Assembly: GCA_963713975.1 (NCBI GenBank)
Contig: OY970218.1
Coordinates: forward strand, 512,001 to 576,000
Origin: an uncultured Chloroflexia bacterium
GTDB taxonomy: Bacteria > Chloroflexota > Limnocylindria > Limnocylindrales > CSP1-4
Direction of reading: 5' to 3'
Length of the DNA: 64,000 nt
This document shows positions 45,141 to 55,078 of the stretch, piece after piece (position 1 is the stretch's first letter; each line of letters opens with the position of its first letter). The position numbers and the translations under genes are program-made. The notes beneath the pieces were generated by a model. That model saw only the letters and a list, made by a program, of their open reading frames with translations. It made no database searches and was not told where the DNA came from.

Positions 45141-45299
45141 CGCGGCCTCCGGGAACCGCCGCCTGTCTTCCCCTCGGCCAGCTCCGCGCGACGAACCGTG
45201 GGACTGCCCTGCCCATCGCGCTTGACACCCCGCACAGTCGCTGGACTTCGCCGGCCGGCGGCTTCCGCAATCGCCGGAGAGGTGCTGATCCCGGTCGAG

Positions 45300-46130
45300 T
45301 GAGGACCAGCGACGATTGGGACCCGGTACCAGCGAGACACACGCTGGAGGACCGTGTCGCGCAAGGCAGGTCGGTCGTCTGGTCCGACTTGTCGATCTGG
45401 GCAATGGCAGTCAGCCCCGGGACAACGCCCCAAACACGATCGGTGCCACCGGCATTTCTCTTACCCATCGAGTTCGTGATCGGCAGCACCATGCGATCGA
45501 GCCAGAACGGTTCCTCGATGATGAGGATCCTGCAGCCCAGCACAGTTCCCAACTTGGTCGGCGATGACAGCCGTCCCGTCCGACAGGGTCACCAACCAGG
45601 GCGCCGCCTTGCTGGATCGCGAGGCCCACGACCCCGACGGGGCAATCGAGGATCAACTTTGGTACCGGACTCGTTCTCCCGTTCGGCGGAGGCACGCGCC
45701 AGCCAGAAGGGATCCAGGATCGAGTCGTCAGGGACGGGCATCGCTCCGGCCAGCGAGTCCGACAGGTACGGCGCAACGTCCAGCAGTTGGGCGCCCGCGA
45801 CGATCTCCATGGAGACGCCGAGGACCGACGCTCGCTCCCGAGCCTCCAGCCGCAGCCATTCGAAGTCCGCGGCGTTGGTCTCCAGCATTGCTATCGCGGA
45901 ACTTGGCCTTGCTGGCGTCTTCGCCGATGTCATGGCCACACCCGAATCAGAGCGGGGCGAAGCCGAAACGAGCAAGGTCCCAGGTGACGGCACAGTCAAC
46001 CGCTCGGCCGTCGACGACGAGTGCTGCGACCGCGACCCGCGGAAGCAGACGATCGCCCAAGCGACACGACTCCATCAGTCGTCGACCAGGCTTTGCCCGC
46101 AGACCGTCACCCTGACGGCTGACACCCCAT
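45300..46130 (-). pseudogene. Decayed FAD-dependent oxidoreductase (GlpA/LhgO-like)
   Basis: Fragments in different frames: VAPYLSDSLAGAMPVPDDSILDPFWLARA and LPI...GLTAIAQIDKSDQTTD; boundaries approximate. Confidence 0.55.
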
Positions 46131-46203
46131 GGCCATCCGGACAGCGCGCCGGGACGGTGAGCCGCCTTGCGTGCTCACCGTCCCGGCGCCCATTGCCAGA
46201 GCG

Positions 46204-47412
46204 CTACTTGAGGACGTTCTTGGTGTATCCCTCGGCAAACTCGGACTTGTACTGAGCAGGCATCCAGCCAGTCCCCTTGTCCCGTTCAGCCTGCGAAAGG
46301 ATCGAAGGGACGCTGGAGAGGTCCGTCCGAGCCGGAGCCAACCCGGTCGTCTCGTTCATCATCGTCTGGATCTCGGGGCTGGTGAGGAAGTCGAGGAACA
46401 GGAGGGCGGCAGCCTTGTTCGATGCGTTCTTGAGCACCCCGGCCGTGTCGCCTCCGCCCGCAAGCCCGAACTGGGGGATGTACATCTTTGAACTCGCCGG
46501 CACCGTGCCGTTGGCGATGCCCGCGGTTGAGTCGTCATCCCAGGCCGAGACCATGGATGCAGCGCCCTGATTGAGCAGATCCAGATCCTCGGCATTCGAG
46601 AGGGTGACGTTCATATACTGGTTGTTGTCCTTGAGCCAGTTGTAGGCGACGTCCCAGTTGGCGATCTTGGCTGGATCGACTGTTGTGTCGCCTGCGTACT
46701 TGTCGAGTCCGCCGGTCAGGTTCGCAATCACAGACTGAACGAATGCCTGGCCTGCGCCGCCGTTGTTCGGATTGGGGTAGGCAAAGCCCTTCGGGTTTGC
46801 CTTGATCCAAGCGGCGAATTCGTCCCACGTCTGCGGCGGGTCTGCCACGACGTTGGGGTCGTACAGGAAGCCGACCTGGTTCCGGTAGATCGGGACAAGG
46901 TATCCGCCAGTATCCACGCCTTCTTGGACGGCGGCCAGCTTCGGATCGATGACAGCGTGATCCGGTAGCGACTCGTAGACCGGACGATCCCAAAGCCCGG
47001 CGTCAATGGATGTCTTGACGTCTGATCCTCCGATCAACTGGACGTCGATCGTACCCACTTCACGATCCTTCTCAGAGAGGATCTTGGTGATCGCGTTGTC
47101 ACCGATGAGGACCCGAGCCGGCACGCCGTACTTCTCGGTGAACATCTTGGCGACCTGCTTCCAGAAGCTCTCGCCCCACCAGGCGCCAAAGACGATGTCG
47201 CTACCTGCCTTGGCGGCCTCAACGAGTTCATCGTGGGTCATTGACGTGTAGTCGACTGCGGCGCTCGGAGCCGAGGTGGGATCAGCGCTCGACGCTGAGG
47301 TGGGAGCAGCGCTCGGCGCAGTCGATTCCGGAGCGACCGTCGAGCTCCCGCATGCGGCAAGCGACATCACCACCGCTACGGCAACCACGCCGGCCTTCAA
47401 TCTCATCTGCAT
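46204..47412 (-). CDS. ABC transporter substrate-binding lipoprotein (PotD/YnjB-like)
   Basis: Lipobox LAAC, ILSEK...IDV, PPQTWDE, FAYP, AAALLFLDFLTSPEIQ. Confidence 0.88.
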   Translation of the reverse strand: MQMRLKAGVVAVAVVMSLAACGSSTVAPESTAPSAAPTSASSADPTSAPSAAVDYTSMTHDELVEAAKAGSDIVFGAWWGESFWKQVAKMFTEKYGVPARVLIGDNAITKILSEKDREVGTIDVQLIGGSDVKTSIDAGLWDRPVYESLPDHAVIDPKLAAVQEGVDTGGYLVPIYRNQVGFLYDPNVVADPPQTWDEFAAWIKANPKGFAYPNPNNGGAGQAFVQSVIANLTGGLDKYAGDTTVDPAKIANWDVAYNWLKDNNQYMNVTLSNAEDLDLLNQGAASMVSAWDDDSTAGIANGTVPASSKMYIPQFGLAGGGDTAGVLKNASNKAAALLFLDFLTSPEIQTMMNETTGLAPARTDLSSVPSILSQAERDKGTGWMPAQYKSEFAEGYTKNVLK

Positions 47413-47790
47413 GTCTTCCTCTACAGCACTAGTGTGACTCGTGTGACCTTGTGACCTGGACCGGTTCCCGCACGTCACAAGCCGAAGTACGTCTGGCGGC
47501 AGTGGGGTCGTGGGCCCAGTCCTCAGAACCGACGACGGCCCCGTTCCCCTGCATGGTTCCCTGGATCAGGAGAGGGACTCAACCCGTGAGCCGGGCTCAC
47601 GGCAGCACTAGTCAGAGATCGACAGCGCTGAACTGCGGACGCGACGAGAAACTACGCCCGATGTGATGAGTGTCTACGGTCCCGTGGGGTGACTACACGC
47701 GGACTCAGTTTCCGAGCCCGCTGGCGGTGCTCAATTGCCAAGATCCAACTTCACACCTCGAATCCAGCGGGTTCACAGCAAGGGAGCCAG

Positions 47791-47832
47791 TAGCATTGCT
47801 GCATCCAATACTGATACCTAGCAGCAATGCTA
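47791..47832. promoter_or_regulatory. Island operator, copy 2
   Basis: Perfect TAGCATTGCTGC-N18-GCAGCAATGCTA. Confidence 0.8.
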
Positions 47833-47836
47833 GTGG

Positions 47837-47866
47837 ATCCTACGACTGCGCCGCGAACGCTGTCAA
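47837..47866 (-). promoter_or_regulatory. Sigma70 promoter for the SBP transcript
   Basis: TTGACA-N18-TAGGAT directly followed by operator copy 2. Confidence 0.7.
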
Positions 47867-48215
47867 GGGTCCTGAATGCGTCACGTCCTGAACGCGTCGT
47901 TTGCGGGGGTATGGGGCCCCTCTGCGACCCAGGGAGGTGGGTGGGTTCCCCATCCGCCTGGTCCCGGCCGTTGCGCCGTGGGGTGGCAATCGGCAGGGGG
48001 AGCTCGTGGTGCTGGCGCTCCGATCGGGACCAGCCCGGCGGGTGGACCAGGCCGGTGCGCACCGATGCGCTCTGCCTGCAATTCTGAGTTCGGAGCCCGG
48101 GCTTCGACCCCCACGCAGTCCGCCCCTGGAGCGCAGCACGGCCGGGGCGAATGGTCGACACCTGCGACGGGCCGGATGGCGGCAGGAGCAGCCTGAGACG
48201 GGCTCCAGGTATGGG

Positions 48216-50543
48216 TCAATCCTCGTCCGGGTGGAATCCCCAGGCCCGGGTCCATCGCACGTAATCAGCAAGGACGAACGGCGGGCGACCGGCGAGGTAA
48301 TGGCTCCTGCCGGGTTCACCGTCGGCTGACCACTCGATCGCGAGGAACCGCTGGACGCCGGGCAGCTCAGCCACGCGACCGACCGTGACGGCTGCGTCGC
48401 CAAGCGCGGTCGCCGTGCCCGCGGCGACCTCCTCGGCCGTGTCGACGTCTCGGACCTGGAACTCGACCGTGCTCGGCGAGCGCCGGTCGTTGCAGATGAC
48501 GATGTCGTGGTGGCCCTCAACTGCCTCACGGAGTACCACGCAGACCGGTTGCTGGCTGCGCTTGATGGCCTCGAAGGCGAGCTTGCGCACGCCGTAGTAG
48601 TCGATGACCGCGTCCGAGAACTGCGGCCAGCCGTCCGCGATGTTCCACCAGATGATCCCAGTGCGCCGCCACTTGCCGACGCGGAACTGCTCGATGAAGA
48701 ACTTGAACGCCTCCGCTTGCGATGCCTGGCTGGCCCGCACGAAGTCCTCGAGCGAATTGGGGACGGTTCCGAACAATGAGCGGATCTGGATGGCGAGCAG
48801 CTCGACCCGGTAGTCGTGCACGTTGACGCCGGGGATCGGCGACGTCGAATGCAGCAGCCACTCCGGGTTGTCCTCGTATGGCCACAGATGCTCGGGCGTC
48901 AGGAATTGCCGCAGCGACGCAACCGCGGGCGCACCGAGGTAGCCGATCTCGCTCGCGAAGTGGGCGAGCGACTCTCGGTAGTACGCGCCCTTGAAATCAT
49001 CCCGCGGGCCCCAGAGGTGGTCCTCCGGCAAGTAGCGCTCGCCCGCCGCCGCGGCGGCCGGATCCAGGTAGGGCGAGCTGGGAATGTACGGCCGGGAAGG
49101 GTCCTCCTCACGCAGCACCCGCGGGAGAACCCGGCGTGTCAGCACGTTTTCGTTCGGGTCGCGTCCGCGTCCGGTTCGGACGTGCTTCTGATCGCACTCG
49201 TTGTCACCCGCCCACAGCGCCAGTGACGGATGCTGACGGAGGCGGCGGACAACAGCCACGGCCTCTGTCCTGAGCTCCTCGCTGAAGGCTGCATCCTGCG
49301 GATAGATGGCGCAGGCCATAGCGAAGTCCTGCCAGACGAGGATGCCGAGCTCGTCGCATCGGTCGAAGAAGGCATCCGACTCGTAGACATTGCCCCCCCA
49401 GCAGCGGATCATGTTGCAGCCGATCTCGTCCACTGCTGCCAGGACGGCCGGCATGCGCTCGGCGTCGCGGGCATGGAATGCGTCGAGAGGAACCCAATTG
49501 GTGCCCATGATGAACACCGGCTCACCGTTCACGACGAACCGGAATTCGCCGTCACCAGCCTCGCTCGTCACGCTGGTCCGTTCGAGCTCCACGGTCCGGA
49601 TCCCGTGACGGAAGGCGTAGTGGTCGATGGGCTCTTCGCTCTCGAGTAGCGTGACCTCCACGTCGTAGAGCGCTGCCTCACCGCGACCCCGCGGCCACCA
49701 CATGGCCGGGTCCGGGACGATGATTGGGATCATCGAGACATCGAACAGCAACGGCACGCGCACCTCGAACCGGGAGTCGCCGCACGCGCCGTTGATCAGG
49801 GCCACCAGTCGCCCGCCAGTCGCACCAGCCCGACACCGCAGGTGAAGCGAGAGTTGGGCGGACCCGTCGGGCCGGATCAGTTCGGTCTCCAGCCAGGCCC
49901 AGTCGATGCGCCGCCGCGGCAGAAACCGCAGGCTGACAGGCCGCCAGATCCCCCCTGACAGCGCCCTGGGCATGATGTCCCAGCCGAACATGTGCGGCGC
50001 TTTTCGGACGTAGAGCCCTTCGAACCCGCTTCCCTCGGCGACCAGGCCCGCCGGGTACTCAAGCACCTCCGACCGCGCGCGAGCCAGCACCGGGTGGATC
50101 GCGACGCAGAGCGTGTTGACCGTGCCGTACCGGAGCACCCCTTCCACGTCCACGCGCTGCTCGACCAGCATCGACCGGGACTCGTGGACCAGGGTCCCAT
50201 TGAGGTACACGGATGCGTCGCAATCGATCCCCTCGAACAGCAGCTCGGGGACAGCGCTCGGGTCCTCCGTGCGGTCGACCGTGAAGGTGGTCCCGTACGT
50301 GAGGTATCGCTCCTCCAGGGCCCGCAGCCCCACGATGTTCATGCCGCGGAACGGCTCGTCGATAAGGCCTGCCGCGAGGAGGTCCAGCTCCACGCTCCCA
50401 GGCACGGTCGCCGCGACAACCTGGTGGCCTGCGGCGAGCGCCTCGGAAGCGCTGCCGTCGCGCACGACCGGCGGCTCGTCGGACAGCGCGAGCCACCATC
50501 GTCCGCCGAGGTCGAGGGTGTGGCCGTCACGGCGGAAGCGCAT
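48216..50543 (-). CDS. GH2 beta-mannosidase-like glycoside hydrolase
   Basis: FEGID, RKAPHMFGWD, GIWRPV, WWPRG, NMIRCWGG, WQDF, LWAGDNE, FASEIG; no signal peptide. Confidence 0.9.
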   Translation of the reverse strand: MRFRRDGHTLDLGGRWWLALSDEPPVVRDGSASEALAAGHQVVAATVPGSVELDLLAAGLIDEPFRGMNIVGLRALEERYLTYGTTFTVDRTEDPSAVPELLFEGIDCDASVYLNGTLVHESRSMLVEQRVDVEGVLRYGTVNTLCVAIHPVLARARSEVLEYPAGLVAEGSGFEGLYVRKAPHMFGWDIMPRALSGGIWRPVSLRFLPRRRIDWAWLETELIRPDGSAQLSLHLRCRAGATGGRLVALINGACGDSRFEVRVPLLFDVSMIPIIVPDPAMWWPRGRGEAALYDVEVTLLESEEPIDHYAFRHGIRTVELERTSVTSEAGDGEFRFVVNGEPVFIMGTNWVPLDAFHARDAERMPAVLAAVDEIGCNMIRCWGGNVYESDAFFDRCDELGILVWQDFAMACAIYPQDAAFSEELRTEAVAVVRRLRQHPSLALWAGDNECDQKHVRTGRGRDPNENVLTRRVLPRVLREEDPSRPYIPSSPYLDPAAAAAGERYLPEDHLWGPRDDFKGAYYRESLAHFASEIGYLGAPAVASLRQFLTPEHLWPYEDNPEWLLHSTSPIPGVNVHDYRVELLAIQIRSLFGTVPNSLEDFVRASQASQAEAFKFFIEQFRVGKWRRTGIIWWNIADGWPQFSDAVIDYYGVRKLAFEAIKRSQQPVCVVLREAVEGHHDIVICNDRRSPSTVEFQVRDVDTAEEVAAGTATALGDAAVTVGRVAELPGVQRFLAIEWSADGEPGRSHYLAGRPPFVLADYVRWTRAWGFHPDED

Positions 50544-50544
50544 C

Positions 50545-51522
50545 TCAGACCCCTCCCAGGGTTGCGCGGCGGAGTCCGCCGTGATGGATGGCGGCGGCCA
50601 GGGCGGCGACGTCGCCGAGCCGCTCCCCAAGCTGTGCAGGCTCGATCCGCACGCCGGGTTCGCGGGGGCATGCCTCGCGTCCGACGACGCTGACGACGGT
50701 CGGCAGGTAGAGGTCGGCGGCCCGCCAGCCCAGAGCCCCGAGGATCACGACCTCCGGATCAAGCAAGTCCACGAGTTGCGCTATGCCCCGGCCGAGCCAG
50801 GTCGCCGACCGCTCGACGACACGCAGTGCAACAGCATCCCCACCCCGCGCCAGGGTTACGAGGTCTACCGCCGAGATGGTGTCGGGCCATCGTCCCGGGA
50901 ACAGGTGCGAGGCGAGGCGCGGCAGTCCGGCGCCACTCGCGAACCCCTCCCACGAACCCGCCTTGCCGTAGGCCTTGGGTCCGCGGAAGGTCATCCGCCA
51001 GTGACCCACCTCTCCCGCTGCATCGCGCGCACCGCGCACGAGCCGACCGTCGGCAAGCACCCCGCAACCGAGGCCCGTCCCGAGCGTGAGGAAGATCGCG
51101 TCGCGGCAACCACGCGCGGCGCCGAACCACCACTCGGCCAGGAGCCCTGCCTTCGCGTCGTGCTCCACGTGCGCCTCCACGCCGTAGCGCTCGACCAGCA
51201 GCGCGCCCAGCGGGATGTGGTCCCAGCCGGGCAGGTTGGGCGGCGACAGCACGATCCCCCGAGCCTGATCGATGGGGCCGCCGATGCTCACGCCGATTGC
51301 ACACGGTGGCCCGAACCCGGCAACCAGATCGTCCGCCATCTCGGTCATCCTGACCCACATCGGCCTGAACCCCTCGGCCGCTTCAGACGCCGCCACATGC
51401 CGCTGCAGCACCGACCCGTCGACCGTGCCGGCGACCACCGCGGTCTTGGTGCCACCAATGTCAAAGCCCAGGATCCACCCTGTGCCGGGCGGTAGGGCCG
51501 GCCCGAACTTCCCGTCCCCCAC
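50545..51522 (-). CDS. ROK family sugar kinase
   Basis: FDIGGTK, EHDAKA, TLGTGLG, GEVGH, WEGFASG. Confidence 0.9.
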   Translation of the reverse strand: MGDGKFGPALPPGTGWILGFDIGGTKTAVVAGTVDGSVLQRHVAASEAAEGFRPMWVRMTEMADDLVAGFGPPCAIGVSIGGPIDQARGIVLSPPNLPGWDHIPLGALLVERYGVEAHVEHDAKAGLLAEWWFGAARGCRDAIFLTLGTGLGCGVLADGRLVRGARDAAGEVGHWRMTFRGPKAYGKAGSWEGFASGAGLPRLASHLFPGRWPDTISAVDLVTLARGGDAVALRVVERSATWLGRGIAQLVDLLDPEVVILGALGWRAADLYLPTVVSVVGREACPREPGVRIEPAQLGERLGDVAALAAAIHHGGLRRATLGGV

Positions 51523-51525
51523 GAT

Positions 51526-52416
51526 CTATTTCGTTCGGCGCGACGGGTTCGACCGGGTTCGCAGCTTGCGCCGTTCGATCGTCTCCTCGACGCGATCGCG
51601 GAGCCCGGTGGCGTCGCGCCCAATCCCGATCCGGATGGCCAGCACATCCATGACGACGAGATACGGCATGACGGCATCCACGAGCCCGACTCGATACCGC
51701 TGCGGATTCACCACCGGCACTTGGACCACGAGGTCGGCAAGCCTCGAGATGGACGAGGGAACGAAGCCCGTCATCGCAATCGTTTGTGCGCCGGCATCAC
51801 GGGCCACCTTGAAAGCCTCCACGGTCTCGCGCGTCTCACCCGAGAATGAGATCGCGATGACGACGTGGCGCTCGTTCACCTGGAGCATCTGCAGCAGTTG
51901 CTGATGGGAATCGAGACTGAGGCGGATGGGGACGCCAAGGCGGGCCAACACGTTTTCCGCCAAGGTCGCCACTGATAGCGACGCACCCATGCCGAGCAGC
52001 GTGACCATCGACGCCTTGGCAATCGCGTCCGCGACGGCATCGATCGGTTCGCCGGCCAGCAGGCGGCCGGTCGCCTCAAGGTTCGACGCATATGCCTGGA
52101 GCACGTCCTGGACCTGGACCGGAAGCGGCGAGCCTGACTGGACCGGGACGTTGAAGATCCCGAGCTCGGCCCGCGCCTGCTCGGCCACCTCCTCCCGGAG
52201 CAAGCCGAGCTTGAACTCCTTGAACCCCAGGACCCCGAGCTTGTGGACGAGTCCGAACAGGACCGTCTCGCTCGTCTCGCTGCGTTTCGCGAGCTCACGG
52301 CCGGACAATGTCACCACGGCTCGGGGGTCGGCCAGAACGGCGTCCGCGATCCGCCGCTCCCCATCGGTCAGACTAGGGTAGAGGCTTCGGAGCGTGGCGA
52401 GGAGCGTCGGTTTCAC
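51526..52416 (-). CDS. MurR/RpiR family transcriptional regulator
   Basis: SLTDGERRIA HTH, KLG..GFKEFK, SIS domain GMGAS and SFSGET. Confidence 0.9.
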   Translation of the reverse strand: MKPTLLATLRSLYPSLTDGERRIADAVLADPRAVVTLSGRELAKRSETSETVLFGLVHKLGVLGFKEFKLGLLREEVAEQARAELGIFNVPVQSGSPLPVQVQDVLQAYASNLEATGRLLAGEPIDAVADAIAKASMVTLLGMGASLSVATLAENVLARLGVPIRLSLDSHQQLLQMLQVNERHVVIAISFSGETRETVEAFKVARDAGAQTIAMTGFVPSSISRLADLVVQVPVVNPQRYRVGLVDAVMPYLVVMDVLAIRIGIGRDATGLRDRVEETIERRKLRTRSNPSRRTK

Positions 52417-52581
52417 GGTGTCCTCGTGCGAGGTGGGACCTCACCTGGGGTCACCCACCGGTGCGCTGGCCCGGTGTGAGTGGCCTCGTGCGGGACCGGA
52501 TCGTCCATCATGCGCATAGAGGATCGCACACGGCGTTGGCACGCCGCGCGGCGGGCAGGACGGCCCTTGTCGATCCGCCTG

Positions 52582-52623
52582 TAGCGTTGCTGCAAGATAC
52601 ATCACTGTCATGCAGCAATGCTT
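52582..52623. promoter_or_regulatory. Island operator, copy 3 (rpiR / SIS divergent region)
   Basis: TAGCGTTGCTGC-N18-GCAGCAATGCTT abutting TTGACA. Confidence 0.78.
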
Positions 52624-52791
52624 GACACTTGACGGTATCGTGGCTCTCATCCGCGTGAAGTCGCGGCTCGAGGGTCCACTCGACATGATTCTTTCGCTCC
52701 AGCGCCACTTCATCAGCGAGATGGTCGCGGGAAGCGTCAAGTGAGCGATGTTGGACCCCATCTCAGGACCCAGCAGCGAGGGGAAGCCCCC

Positions 52792-53442
52792 ATGAGGGAC
52801 CCGATAGACGATCTCATCGACCGGATCCCTGTCCTGGCCGCGTGCAGGGCCGATGTGGCCGCCGCCACAGACGCCATGGCGACCAGCATTGCGGGCGGCG
52901 GGAAGCTCCTGGTCTGTGGCAACGGAGGCAGCGCGGCCGACAGCGAGCACCTCGTGGCCGACCTGATGAAGTCCTTCGTGGTCGCGCGCCCCATCCCCAG
53001 AGAGGACCGTGACCGACTCCTCGAGCTCGGCGGGCCTGAGGCTCCGGGCCTCGCCGACCTGCTGCAAGGCGCGCTGCCTGCGATGGCGCTCTCGTCCAAT
53101 GGCGCCTTCATGACGGCGATGGCTAACGACGTCGCCAATGACATGGCTTTCGCCCAGCAGGTCTATGGCCTGGGTTGTCCAGGTGATGTCCTCGTCGCCA
53201 TCAGCACCACGGGAACCTCACCGAGCGTCGTCCTCGCGGCACGCGTCGCGCGGCTTCGACGGATGCCGGTAATCGTGCTTACTGGCCGCGACGGGGGCGA
53301 CCTCGTCGGTGTCGCCGATGTCGCGATTCGGGTCCCGGCGGATCGTGTCTACGAGATCCAGGAGCTGCACCTGCCCGTCTATCACGCCGTTGCGCTTGCC
53401 CTTGAGCAGCGGTTCTTCGGTCTGGTGCCAGCGGACCGATGA
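52792..53442 (+). CDS. SIS-domain phosphosugar isomerase (GmhA-like)
   Basis: CGNGGSAADSEH, FAQQV, ISTTG, LTG, IQELH. Confidence 0.88.
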   Translation: MRDPIDDLIDRIPVLAACRADVAAATDAMATSIAGGGKLLVCGNGGSAADSEHLVADLMKSFVVARPIPREDRDRLLELGGPEAPGLADLLQGALPAMALSSNGAFMTAMANDVANDMAFAQQVYGLGCPGDVLVAISTTGTSPSVVLAARVARLRRMPVIVLTGRDGGDLVGVADVAIRVPADRVYEIQELHLPVYHAVALALEQRFFGLVPADR

Positions 53443-54575
53443 CATCACCCGATGCGGGCCGCCCTGCCTCCTCCGATGAGGTTGTCAGGCGCCGTCGTTC
53501 GGGGTCTCCAGCGTCGCTTGCTTCTCCGGCGACGGCCCCCCGCTCGGTCACAGACCGAGCGGGGGGCATGGAGGCCCTCCGCGTCACACGAGCTGCGACC
53601 CCGTCACCGGCGGGCGGTCCGGGGCGTGCGGTGCGTGCCGGCGTCCTGATCTGGTCGCAGTCCACCTCGTGGCCAGCACTGATGCGGGCAGGCAGCACTG
53701 CCGATGGACTTGGTTACGACGACATCTGGTCGTGGGACCACTTGGTCCCGATCAAGGGCGACCGGGACGGGCGGATCTTCGAGGGCTCCATGACGCTGGC
53801 GGGATGGGCCGCAGCCACCCGCCAGGCCAGACTCGGCTCCATGGTCGCTGCGAACACCTTCCGCAGCCCGACGTTGGCGGTCAAGATGGTGACCGCCCTC
53901 GACCACATGACTGACGGGCGGGCGGTCCTCGGGCTGGGAGCAGGCTGGTTTGAGTCGGAGCACGCGGCGTTCGGGTTCCCGTTCGGGGCGAGCGCAGGCG
54001 AGCGGCTGGACTGGCTCGACGAGGCGGCGGCACTGGTCCGCGCGATGCTGGACGGTGAGGCCGCCTCTGCCCGGGGACCGCACTACACGGCATCGTCAGT
54101 CCGCAATCGCCCATCAGGCTTGCAGGCGCGGATCCCGCTGCTCATCGGTGGGGGCGGCGAGAAGAAGACGCTCGCCACCGTGGCCCGCTACGCAGACATC
54201 TGGAACATCGGTGACGACCTGGACGTGGCCCGCCACAAGGTCGCCGTCCTGGACCGCTGGTGTGCGGAGGTCGGCCGCGATCCGCTCGAGATCGAAAGGA
54301 CGCTCGGCGTCGGGCCGCTCGTGATCCGGGACACCGCGCGGCAGGGGCGCACGTGCATTGACGCCCTCCGTCGGCATAACCCCGGCTGGACCGAGCCCAT
54401 CGAGGCGATGGGCGCCAGCGCCGTGATCGACCGACTGGCGCCCTATCTCGAACTCGGGTTCCGCTCGTTCCACATCGACCTCCCTGCGCCCTTCGACATC
54501 GAGACGCTGGCGAGGTTCGTGGCCGAAGTCCGACCGGCCCTCGCGCGGGCCGCGCGGGATCTCCCTCGGGCGTGA
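53439..54575 (+). CDS. LLM-class (probably F420-dependent) oxidoreductase
   Basis: WSWDH, NTFRSP, LDHMTDGR..LGLGAGW, IGGGGEK; true start may be downstream (~53568 or 53631). Confidence 0.85.
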   Translation: MTSPDAGRPASSDEVVRRRRSGSPASLASPATAPRSVTDRAGGMEALRVTRAATPSPAGGPGRAVRAGVLIWSQSTSWPALMRAGSTADGLGYDDIWSWDHLVPIKGDRDGRIFEGSMTLAGWAAATRQARLGSMVAANTFRSPTLAVKMVTALDHMTDGRAVLGLGAGWFESEHAAFGFPFGASAGERLDWLDEAAALVRAMLDGEAASARGPHYTASSVRNRPSGLQARIPLLIGGGGEKKTLATVARYADIWNIGDDLDVARHKVAVLDRWCAEVGRDPLEIERTLGVGPLVIRDTARQGRTCIDALRRHNPGWTEPIEAMGASAVIDRLAPYLELGFRSFHIDLPAPFDIETLARFVAEVRPALARAARDLPRA

Positions 54576-54767
54576 CCGTCCTGCGAACCCGGCACATGGT
54601 GGGCGACGCCCACCTCGGGCGGCACCGCGTGCGCCTGCTCAGTCCCGGGCAGGCCACCCAGCGACTCGGTCGAGCCCGCCAATGGCAGGTCGCCTCAGAG
54701 CGACGGCCCGAGGACGATTTGCGCGGCCCGTGCGTTCGTCCAGATCGCAGCGTCGGGTCCCCAACCG

Positions 54768-54908
54768 TCACGGCGCGGCGCCGTGCCAGCGCCACTCGCC
54801 GGCCGGGGTGTGCACGGTGTCGCCCGCACGGATCTCGACGCCCTCGCCGCCACGCGTCTGGATCCGACCGATCCCCTCGGTGACGTGCGCGGTCTGCCCG
54901 ACGGCATG
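54768..54908 (-). pseudogene. Cupin-domain gene fragment
   Basis: HAVGQTAHVTEGIGRIQTRGGEGVEIRAGDTVHTPAGEWHWHGAAP-stop; no start, truncated at both ends. Confidence 0.7.
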
Positions 54909-54964
54909 GTTGTCGACCGCAAGGATGGTTGATCCACCGAGACGGTGCCTGCGATTCCGACGCA

Positions 54965-54979
54965 GTTATCGTCTCTGCG
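54965..54979. repeat. Right-end copy of the arm-like repeat
   Basis: GTTATCGTCTCTGCG is the exact reverse complement of 36597-36611. Confidence 0.65.
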
Positions 54980-55078
54980 AGCGTTGTTGCGGACAGCCTC
55001 TGGCGCGGACCCGGCCGACATCGGCCGTGGTAGACTCCCGTTCGCTCAGCAGGCAGCTCTGACAGAGCACGAAACCGT

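Noticed and set aside
52792-53442. ADP/GDP-heptose biosynthesis from the GmhA-like gene
   Set aside because: No hldE, gmhB or hddA/C nearby; it shares the catabolic operator
36582-54979. Tn7-like/CAST transposon ends
   Set aside because: No convincing TGT...ACA termini with target duplication and no tns genes; the tRNA fragment favours integrase-type integration
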